A stretch of 32,000 nucleotides of DNA from Vibrio vulnificus CMCP6 (GTDB lineage Bacteria > Pseudomonadota > Gammaproteobacteria > Enterobacterales > Vibrionaceae): the NCBI RefSeq assembly GCF_000039765.1, contig NC_004459.3, positions 1,770,001 through 1,802,000 of the forward strand, given 5' to 3'. The position numbers and the translations under genes were made by a program. Below, piece after piece: positions 16,910 through 24,513 of the stretch. The stretch's first letter is position 1. Every line of letters starts with the position of its first letter. The notes below the pieces were generated by a model, which was given only the letters and a program-made list of their open reading frames with translations, had not been told where the DNA came from and made no database searches.

Positions 16910-16925
16910 CGTGAAGCGTGTCACA
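16910..16925. promoter_or_regulatory. CRP-like site in the yejM-like / recC divergent region
   Basis: CGTGA-AGCGTG-TCACA matches 9/10 positions of TGTGA-N6-TCACA. It lies 68 bp upstream of the yejM-like ATG and 168 bp upstream of recC. Confidence 0.3.
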
Positions 16926-17092
16926 TTTGGTACGGAAGTGTAATTTTCTCCTGACAATGTCTTTTGCTGACAAACTGACCAAGAATCGCTACCGATATAA
17001 CCTTTCTGGAAATCAGTGAGTTAGAACTATGTGGCCACTCAGCGAGCTGTGCTAAGCTAACGCTTAGTGATTGTCTTTCCGGAAGCTAACTC

Positions 17093-20000
17093 GTGTTTAC
17101 TGTCTATCACTCCAATCAAGTGGATGTGCTCAAATCTCTGTTGGTGGAACTGATTCGCCTCAATCCTTTGCAAAATCCCTTCGACAAAGAGCAAATCTTG
17201 GTGCAAAGCCCAGGCATGTCTCAATGGTTGAAAATGGAACTGGCGAAAGAGTTTGGCGTGGCAGCAAACATCGAATTTCCGCTACCCGCGACATTTATCT
17301 GGGATATGTTTACCCACGTTTTGGCGGATGTGCCAAAACGCAGTGCTTTTAACAAAGAAGCGATGACGTGGAAGCTGATGCATTTGTTGCCGCAGCAACT
17401 TGCACTGGCGGAGTTCTCGCCTTTAGCTCGCTATCTTCAAGACGATGAAGAAGGTGCCAAGCTTTACCAACTGTCGGAAAAAATTGCCGATATTTTTGAT
17501 GGCTATTTGGTGTATCGCCCTGAATGGATACGTGATTGGGAAGCGGGGAAGGCCGTGGCTGAGATTGGTGATGAGCATCCTTGGCAGCCCATGTTGTGGC
17601 AAGCACTGTATGACCATACCGTCGCGCTTGGGCAATCGCCGTACCATCGCGCCAACCTATACGAACATTTCATTGATAGCTTAGAAAACTACACTGGCCA
17701 GTTTGAACACTTGCCGCAGCGCTTGTTTGTTTTCGGTATCACCTCACTGCCTCCACGTTACATGGACGCGCTTAAAACGCTCGGTCAGCATATTGACGTG
17801 CATCTGATGTTTACCAACCCGTGTCGATACTATTGGGGTGAAGTGCGCGATCGCAAATTTCTGGCTCGTTTGGCGGCGAAACAGCGTCAGCACCTCGTGT
17901 GGCAACAAGATCATTCGCAGCTTCAGGGCCAAAGTGAGCAATTGAAAGGCAGTATTGAAGACAATCTTGCCGATGAACTGCACACCGAGGTGGTGGGCAA
18001 CAGCTTGCTGGCTTCGATGGGCAAACTTGGCCGTGACAACATGTACTTGTTGTCACAATTGGAATCGCATGAGATTGAAGCGTTTGTCGATATCGAACCA
18101 GACTCGCTATTGCATCAACTGCAAGCCGACATCCTCAACTTGGAAGAGCACCAAGATGACGACCATATCGAGAGCAGCCATCATAAACCGCTCATCGAAG
18201 CGAATGATCGCTCTTTGAGCCTGCACGTCTGCCACAGCCCAATGCGTGAAGTGGAAGTGCTGCACGATCAATTGCTGGCGATGTTCGATGCCGACCCAAC
18301 CCTCAAACCGCGCGATATTATCGTGATGGTGGCGGACATCAATGCCTACAGCCCTGCGATTCAAGCGGTGTTTGGCAACGCGCCGGGTGAACGATTCATC
18401 CCCTATTCCATTTCAGATCGAACCGCCGATCAAGAAAGCCCGATTCTCAACGCGTTTTTGACGTTGGTGAATTTGCCACAAATGCGCTGTTTGGCGTCAG
18501 AGCTGTTGGAACTGCTAGAAACCCCCGCGATTTTGCAGAAATTCTCCTTGAGTGAAACGGAGTTCTTGCAAGCAAAACAATGGGTGGAAGCGTCAGGTAT
18601 CCGTTGGGGGCTCGATGCGCAAACTGGATGTGAGTTTGACCTACCTCAGACAAGACAAAATACCTGGCAGTTTGGTATTCAACGCATGTTACTTGGCTAC
18701 GCCATGCCAGAATCGGCTGGCTTGTTCCAAAGCGGTGAGGAATGGCTTGCTCCTTACAACGAAGTTCAGGGAATGGGAGCGGAGCTGGCGGGCAAACTGA
18801 GCTACTTCATTGAAAAGGTGCGCTGCTATCGCCACGCCTTAGCTCAAGCGCAAAACATTGACGCATGGCGACAACAATTACACGGTGTCTTGGCGGATTT
18901 CTTCGCCGTCGACTTAGAAGGCGAAGTGGCATTGAAATCGATTCGCGATACGTTGGGACAGTTAAAAGAACAGTTGAGTGATGCGGCATTTGAGGCGGAA
19001 TTGTCACCGAGTGTGATTCGTCAATATCTGCTCAATAAACTGTCCGGTAGTCGTGTAAGCCAGCGTTTTCTTGCCGGACAAGTGAATTTTTGTACCTTGA
19101 TGCCGATGCGTTCGATTCCATTTCGCACCGTCTGTTTATTAGGGATGAACGATGGCGTCTATCCACGCAGTGTGGCGCCGGAAGGATTCGATTTAATTCA
19201 TGGCCGCGCCAGAGCCGGGGATCGCTCTCGCCGCGACGATGACCGCTACTTGTTCCTTGAAGCTCTGTTGTCTGCGCAGCAAAGTGTTTACATCAGCTAT
19301 GTCGGACGTTCCGTGCAAGACAACACAGAGAAAGTGCCGTCGGTGCTGGTGGCTGAGTTGATGGAGTATTGTCAGCAAAACTACTGTTTAGCGGGGGATG
19401 AGCATCTGGGTGTGGATGAATCCGGTGCGCATCTATTAAAGGCGATCACCTGCGAGCATCCCATGGTGCCATTTAGCCCCAAAGCTTTTTTAGGTGAACC
19501 TCCGAGCAACGCGAAAAGCTATGCCAAAGAGTGGATTCCAGCGGCCCAGCAGCAGAGCGAAGGCCAAGTGCCATCGCAGCCAAGTGCGCCATTTTATCAA
19601 GCCCTTGACGATTATTTACTGGGTGCCACGTTCCCGCTTGAACTGGATTTGGTTGAACTGCAACGTTTCTGGCGACTGCCGGTACAGTACTTCTTCAATC
19701 GCCGTTTGAAAGTCGTTTTCGAGCCGCCAATGGCCGTGATGGCAGATGAAGAGCCGTTTGTGTTGGATGGGCTCAACAGCTTCCAATTGCGTGAACAGTT
19801 GTTGCATCGTCTCTTATCGGATGAAAACTGCACGCCTGACATGGTACAGCCGCTGATTGAGGGCGTACGCAGTGAAATGCGTGCACAGGGCAAGTTGCCG
19901 ATCGGCGCCTTTGGTGAGTTGGAATTTGACACCAACCGCGTGCAAGCTGAAGCATTAATAGAAAAACTAACCGGACTATCTCACGCTGCTTTGGATGATC

Positions 20001-20581
20001 TCGAAGTGGATCTGACTTTTACGCCATTTGGTGAAGGCAAAACGATTCATTTGAGCGGTTGGTTAACGCAGCACTATCAATCGGGTCTATTGCGTTATCG
20101 CAGTGGCAAAATTCGCTCACAAGATTACTTAGCTGGTTGGATTGATCACCTTTCGATGTCGGCCATGGGCGTTGCCAAAGTGACGCATTTGATTGGCTAC
20201 GACAAGAAAGAAGGGGTTGTGCACCTCAAATACTCGGCGATGGCGGATGCTGGCCAGGCCAAATCGTTGCTTAACGAATTGATCCGCCTGTATATCGAAG
20301 GCATGACTCAGCCTTTGGCGTATTTCCCCAAAACCGCATTGGCGGCCATCGAAGCTGGCATAAGCCGCGGGCAATGGAACGATGATGAAGAGAAAGCGTT
20401 GAAAAAAATGGCGGATACCTTCAATGATGGTTTCTTGGGTGCAGGGGAAGGCGCTGACAGTTACATCAGTCGTATTTGGCCAAAATGGAATGAACAACTG
20501 GCCCATCAAGTACGTTTGATGAGTAGTTTGGTGCTGCAAGGGGCAAGATTGTCCGTTGTGGATGCGTCAGAGGAAGCATAG
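17093..20581 (+). CDS. recC: Exodeoxyribonuclease V gamma subunit RecC
   Basis: 1162 aa with a GTG start (GGAAG 7 nt upstream). (M)FTVYHSNQVDVLKSLLVELI matches the remembered E. coli RecC MLRVYHSNRLDVLEALMEFIV. It is followed by recB and recD. Confidence 0.95.
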   Translation: MFTVYHSNQVDVLKSLLVELIRLNPLQNPFDKEQILVQSPGMSQWLKMELAKEFGVAANIEFPLPATFIWDMFTHVLADVPKRSAFNKEAMTWKLMHLLPQQLALAEFSPLARYLQDDEEGAKLYQLSEKIADIFDGYLVYRPEWIRDWEAGKAVAEIGDEHPWQPMLWQALYDHTVALGQSPYHRANLYEHFIDSLENYTGQFEHLPQRLFVFGITSLPPRYMDALKTLGQHIDVHLMFTNPCRYYWGEVRDRKFLARLAAKQRQHLVWQQDHSQLQGQSEQLKGSIEDNLADELHTEVVGNSLLASMGKLGRDNMYLLSQLESHEIEAFVDIEPDSLLHQLQADILNLEEHQDDDHIESSHHKPLIEANDRSLSLHVCHSPMREVEVLHDQLLAMFDADPTLKPRDIIVMVADINAYSPAIQAVFGNAPGERFIPYSISDRTADQESPILNAFLTLVNLPQMRCLASELLELLETPAILQKFSLSETEFLQAKQWVEASGIRWGLDAQTGCEFDLPQTRQNTWQFGIQRMLLGYAMPESAGLFQSGEEWLAPYNEVQGMGAELAGKLSYFIEKVRCYRHALAQAQNIDAWRQQLHGVLADFFAVDLEGEVALKSIRDTLGQLKEQLSDAAFEAELSPSVIRQYLLNKLSGSRVSQRFLAGQVNFCTLMPMRSIPFRTVCLLGMNDGVYPRSVAPEGFDLIHGRARAGDRSRRDDDRYLFLEALLSAQQSVYISYVGRSVQDNTEKVPSVLVAELMEYCQQNYCLAGDEHLGVDESGAHLLKAITCEHPMVPFSPKAFLGEPPSNAKSYAKEWIPAAQQQSEGQVPSQPSAPFYQALDDYLLGATFPLELDLVELQRFWRLPVQYFFNRRLKVVFEPPMAVMADEEPFVLDGLNSFQLREQLLHRLLSDENCTPDMVQPLIEGVRSEMRAQGKLPIGAFGELEFDTNRVQAEALIEKLTGLSHAALDDLEVDLTFTPFGEGKTIHLSGWLTQHYQSGLLRYRSGKIRSQDYLAGWIDHLSMSAMGVAKVTHLIGYDKKEGVVHLKYSAMADAGQAKSLLNELIRLYIEGMTQPLAYFPKTALAAIEAGISRGQWNDDEEKALKKMADTFNDGFLGAGEGADSYISRIWPKWNEQLAHQVRLMSSLVLQGARLSVVDASEEA

Positions 20582-20892
20582 ACGATGCCCTTCAAAGTCA
20601 ACAATGGGATAAAAAAGCGCTGCAATGGAGAGGAAGTAGGGTGGCCGCCAGAAAATCATTATCGTGTAGGGCGTTTGCTGTACGGCCACAAGGTCAGAGG
20701 GACCATGATTCGGTTGAGTGGTTCGTGTCGAACCCTTTGATCTCGTGAGGCGCATACTACCCAGTGCGGCAAGGATGTTCCGTGAGTAAGATCCCACAAC
20801 ATCCTAATATTTAGAGAGTTAAGACAAATTCATAGCGTTTTTAAGGTTTGATCACAGATCAAACAGCAGATGATCCGGAGACAGTGAGTAAG
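20582..20892 (+). other. Untranslated, hairpin-dense recC-recB spacer (probable structured leader or decayed repeat element)
   Basis: Four strong stem-loops: A 20641-20689 (GTGGCCG/CGGCCAC plus CAGAAA/TTTgCTG), B 20694-20740 (TCAGAG/CTTTGA enclosing GGTTCG-tgt-CGAACC), D 20773-20804 (GGATGTT/AACATCC plus GTGaG/CcCAC) and E 20847-20863 (TTTGATC-aca-GATCAAA). No convincing CDS. Confidence 0.4.
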
Positions 20893-23800
20893 ATGACGCA
20901 CAAGCCCGAGCCAACCCCGTTACAAACCATGACCTTTCCATTGCATGGCGCAAGGTTAATTGAAGCGTCGGCGGGGACAGGTAAAACTTTCACCATTGCT
21001 GGATTGTATTTACGCTTACTGCTTGGTCATGGCAGTGAAGAGACGCGTCATCAAGTCCCACTGACTGTGGATCAAATCTTGGTCGTGACCTTTACCGAAG
21101 CCGCAACGGGTGAGCTGCGTGATCGCATTCGTGCGCGTATTCACGATGCGCGTTTGGCGTTTGCTCGAGGAGAAAGCCAAGATCCCGTCATTGAGCCGCT
21201 GCTGCGTGACTTTCCCGATCACAAGCAGGCCGCCGCCATTTTGCTGCAAGCCGAAAGACAGATGGACGAAGCGGCGGTGTTCACCATTCACGGTTTTTGC
21301 CAACGGATGCTAACGCAAAATGCGTTTGAGTCGGGCAGCCGTTTTAACAATGAATTTGTCACCGATGAGAGCCAGCTAAAAGCACAAGTGGTGGCCGATT
21401 ATTGGCGACGCAATTTCTATCCCTTGCCCACCGCATTGGCAGGTGAGGTGCGCCAGATTTGGGGCTCACCCGCAGCGTTGTTGAGCGACATTGGCCGCTA
21501 TCTCACTGGTGCGCCATTGGCGCTGAGCGTCAACGCGATGAGTGGCGATCTTGCGGCGTTGCATCAAGACAACCTGCAAAAAATTACGCAACTAAAAAGT
21601 GCTTGGCGAGCGGCGCAGCCTGAATTGCAAACGCTCATAGAACAATCTGATATCAACAAACGCAGTTACACCAAAAAATCCCTACCGGATTGGTTGGAAA
21701 CGGTTAACCGGTGGGCAGAGAGCGAAACCTTTGATTACCACTACCCAGATAAGCTGGCCAAATTTGCACAAAGCGAGCTGCTGGCCAAAACAGCCAAAGG
21801 CACTGCGCCAACGCATCCGCTATTTGAGCAAATTGACGCGTTTTTGGCCAATCCGGCCAGCTTAAAAGCCCCATTGTTGGCACACGCGATTGAGCAATGT
21901 CGCGCATGGCTGGCGAAAGCCAAAGAGCAGAAGCAGCGTTTGTCGTTTGACGATTTGTTAACGCGTTTATCCGCGGCAATCGATCAAGATGAAGCGCAGT
22001 TATTGGCAAGTCGAATTCGTACTCTTTACCCCGTTGCCATGATTGACGAGTTCCAAGATACCGACCCTTTGCAATACAGTATCTTTAGCCGTATTTATTT
22101 GGAGCACCCACAAACTGGGTTGTTTATGATCGGCGACCCGAAGCAGGCGATTTACGGCTTCCGTGGGGCGGACATCTTCACTTACATCAAAGCGCGTAAC
22201 CAAGTGAGTGCCCACTACACCTTGGGAACAAACTGGCGCTCCAGTGCTGAGATGGTTGCAGCGGTGAACCAGATATTTCAGCAGCCTGATAGTCCGTTTA
22301 TTTATGATCAAGACATCCCTTTCTTGCCTGTCAACGCTAGCCCCAAAGCGGAGCAACGCATTTGGAACATGGCAGGCCAAAAGCAGCCCGCTCTGACTTA
22401 CTGGTTACAAGAGTGCGAAGAAAAACCCGTGGCGAAAGGGGAGTATCAGCAAGTGATGGCCGACGCGACCGCCAGTCAGATTCAGCGGATTCTGACGCTT
22501 TCGCAGCAAGGTCAAGCGTCATTCCAGCAAGGGGAGCGACAGCACCCCATTCAAGCGGGTGACATTGCGGTGTTGGTACGAACCGGCAGCGAAGGGCGAT
22601 TGATCAAGCAAACTCTCGCTAAGCAAGGCATTGCCAGTGTCTATCTTTCGAACCGCGACAGCGTTTTTCTCAGCCCCGTCGCGCAAGATGTTCAGCGCAT
22701 ATTGCAAGCGGTGCTCACCAGCGAAGACGATCGCGCATTGCGGGCGGCGTTGGCTTGTGAGCTGTTTGCCCTTGATGCCGCCAGTCTGGATAAATTGAAT
22801 AACGATGAAAATGCGTGGGAAAAAGCGCTCAGTGAGTTTAAAGAATACCGCAAGCTGTGGCTTTCTCGTGGTGTGATGCCGATGCTCCGAGCAGTGATGG
22901 CCAAACGCCATATTGCGGAGCGACTGCTGACTCAGCAAGAAGGTGAGCGCACACTCACTGACCTGATGCATTTGGCGGAACTGCTGCAGCAAGCAAGCAA
23001 TGAGATCGACAGCGACCACGGTTTGTTGCGTTGGTTTGCCCAATCAATCAGTGATGCACACAATGGTATTGGCGGCAGCGATGAGCAGATCCAACGTCTC
23101 GAATCGGAACGGAACTTGGTGCAGATCGTCACCATCCACAAATCAAAAGGGCTTGAGTACGATCTGGTTTTTCTCCCGTTTGTCTTTGCTCATCGCGAAG
23201 CCAGCGAAGCCAAGTTTTACGATGCGCAAACCGATCGCACCGTGTTAGATATCACCGGCAGCGATGCCGCGTTGCAACAAGCGGACAAAGAACGATTAGC
23301 CGAAGACTTACGCCTTATTTATGTGGCGCTCACTCGAGCCGTTTATGGCTGTTTCATTGGTGCGGCGCCACTGCGTAATGGTCGCTCCACGAAAGAGCCA
23401 ACGGGCGTGCATCGCAGTGCCATGGGGTATTTGGTGCAAAATGGCCAAGAAGGGGGAATTGCTACGCTGCAACAAGCGTTGGCAGGACAGCAAACGCAGT
23501 CAGACAGTATTGTCGTTACCTCACCACCAACCTTGCCAGATGAGCGATATCAACCTATCGCAGCGCCCGCGTTGGCGCTCTCTGCGCAAGAGCTGGCCAC
23601 GCCTATCGATCGTTTATGGCGCATCACCAGTTACTCCGGCTTGGTCAAGCAAGGGAGCCATCAAAGCGACTACGATGCCAGTTTAGAGGTGGTGGGGTTT
23701 GATATCGACTCTTCTGCCGAAGATCCGCAAGCGCCAGTTCAAGAAGTGGAGAAGTCGATTTTTACCTTCCCCCGTGGTGCCAGTGCTGGTACGTTTTTGC

Positions 23801-24513
23801 ACTCGCTGTTTGAAGAGGTGGAGTTTACTCAAGCGGCAGACTCTGAACAGAATCGTCAAGTGATCAGCGAGCTGATGGAAAAAAACTTGATCGACTTAGA
23901 ATGGTTGCCCGTTTTGCAGCAGCTGGTGGATACCGTGTTGTCGACGCCGCTTGATGGCAAACATCTGTACCTTAACCAGAAAACGCCTTCACAGCGTTTG
24001 GTGGAAATGGAGTTCTTATTGCCGATAGAAGTGCTCAGCGCTGCCAGTTTAAACCAAGTCATTCAGCGCCATGATCCCCTCTCGGCTCGCGCGGGGGATC
24101 TGGGTTTCCAAACGGTGCAAGGCATGCTCAAAGGCTTTATTGATTTGGTGTTTGAACACCAAGGCAAATATTACGTATTGGACTGGAAATCCAACCATCT
24201 AGGGGATGCTGTACATTTATATCACGGTGAGGCATTGCAAGGGGCGATGGTGGATCATCGCTACGATTTGCAATACCAAATCTATGCGTTGGCGCTACAC
24301 CGTTTTCTACGCAGCCGTTTGGCCAACTATGATTACCAGCTTCATTTTGGTGGCGTCTATTATCTGTTCCTTCGTGGTATGGATGGCGAAAGTGAACACG
24401 GTATCTTTTCTGCCAAGCCCTCGTTGGATTTATTAACGGAAATGGATCGTTTGATTGACGGTCTTGAGCCTCAACCTAGATCGACCCAAGGTGGTCAGAT
24501 GGAGTTACTATGA
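20893..24513 (+). CDS. recB: Exodeoxyribonuclease V beta subunit RecB (helicase/nuclease)
   Basis: PLHGARLIEASAGTGKTFTIAGLYLRLLLG matches the remembered E. coli RecB N-terminus (PLQGERLIEASAGTGKTFTIAALYLRLLLG). UvrD-type helicase motifs and a C-terminal nuclease domain (GFIDLVFEHQGKYYVLDWKSN) are present. ATG 20893 is preferred, with in-frame GTG 20884 as an alternative; the track's TTG 20848 start is unsupported. Confidence 0.95.
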   Translation: MTHKPEPTPLQTMTFPLHGARLIEASAGTGKTFTIAGLYLRLLLGHGSEETRHQVPLTVDQILVVTFTEAATGELRDRIRARIHDARLAFARGESQDPVIEPLLRDFPDHKQAAAILLQAERQMDEAAVFTIHGFCQRMLTQNAFESGSRFNNEFVTDESQLKAQVVADYWRRNFYPLPTALAGEVRQIWGSPAALLSDIGRYLTGAPLALSVNAMSGDLAALHQDNLQKITQLKSAWRAAQPELQTLIEQSDINKRSYTKKSLPDWLETVNRWAESETFDYHYPDKLAKFAQSELLAKTAKGTAPTHPLFEQIDAFLANPASLKAPLLAHAIEQCRAWLAKAKEQKQRLSFDDLLTRLSAAIDQDEAQLLASRIRTLYPVAMIDEFQDTDPLQYSIFSRIYLEHPQTGLFMIGDPKQAIYGFRGADIFTYIKARNQVSAHYTLGTNWRSSAEMVAAVNQIFQQPDSPFIYDQDIPFLPVNASPKAEQRIWNMAGQKQPALTYWLQECEEKPVAKGEYQQVMADATASQIQRILTLSQQGQASFQQGERQHPIQAGDIAVLVRTGSEGRLIKQTLAKQGIASVYLSNRDSVFLSPVAQDVQRILQAVLTSEDDRALRAALACELFALDAASLDKLNNDENAWEKALSEFKEYRKLWLSRGVMPMLRAVMAKRHIAERLLTQQEGERTLTDLMHLAELLQQASNEIDSDHGLLRWFAQSISDAHNGIGGSDEQIQRLESERNLVQIVTIHKSKGLEYDLVFLPFVFAHREASEAKFYDAQTDRTVLDITGSDAALQQADKERLAEDLRLIYVALTRAVYGCFIGAAPLRNGRSTKEPTGVHRSAMGYLVQNGQEGGIATLQQALAGQQTQSDSIVVTSPPTLPDERYQPIAAPALALSAQELATPIDRLWRITSYSGLVKQGSHQSDYDASLEVVGFDIDSSAEDPQAPVQEVEKSIFTFPRGASAGTFLHSLFEEVEFTQAADSEQNRQVISELMEKNLIDLEWLPVLQQLVDTVLSTPLDGKHLYLNQKTPSQRLVEMEFLLPIEVLSAASLNQVIQRHDPLSARAGDLGFQTVQGMLKGFIDLVFEHQGKYYVLDWKSNHLGDAVHLYHGEALQGAMVDHRYDLQYQIYALALHRFLRSRLANYDYQLHFGGVYYLFLRGMDGESEHGIFSAKPSLDLLTEMDRLIDGLEPQPRSTQGGQMELL

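Noticed and set aside
17071-17352. 93-aa + strand ORF overlapping the recC start
   Set aside because: It is out of frame with recC, which is strongly supported by homology from 17093.
20720-20734. GGTTCG-tgt-CGAACC as a tRNA T-arm-like element or tRNA fragment
   Set aside because: The loop is 3 nt rather than the 7-nt TPsiC loop, and no acceptor, D or anticodon arms can be built around it.
20567-20797. 76-aa minus-strand ORF in the recC-recB spacer
   Set aside because: It overlaps the recC 3' end, has no SD, has an odd composition, and runs antisense through the stem-loops. It is more likely a by-product of structured non-coding DNA.
20848-20892. TTG start giving RecB 15 extra residues
   Set aside because: There is no SD, the start sits inside the 20847-20863 palindrome, and the E. 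coli RecB N-terminus aligns from the Met at 20893.
22519-23043. 174-aa ORF antisense to recB. Similar long antisense ORFs occur at 20129-20539, 2316-2705, 15145-15495, 22000-22380, 23321-23686, 27635-28030 and 5958-6299.
   Set aside because: These are shadow ORFs lying entirely inside well-supported genes on the opposite strand. They have low-complexity, Arg/Ser-rich compositions and lack SD sequences.
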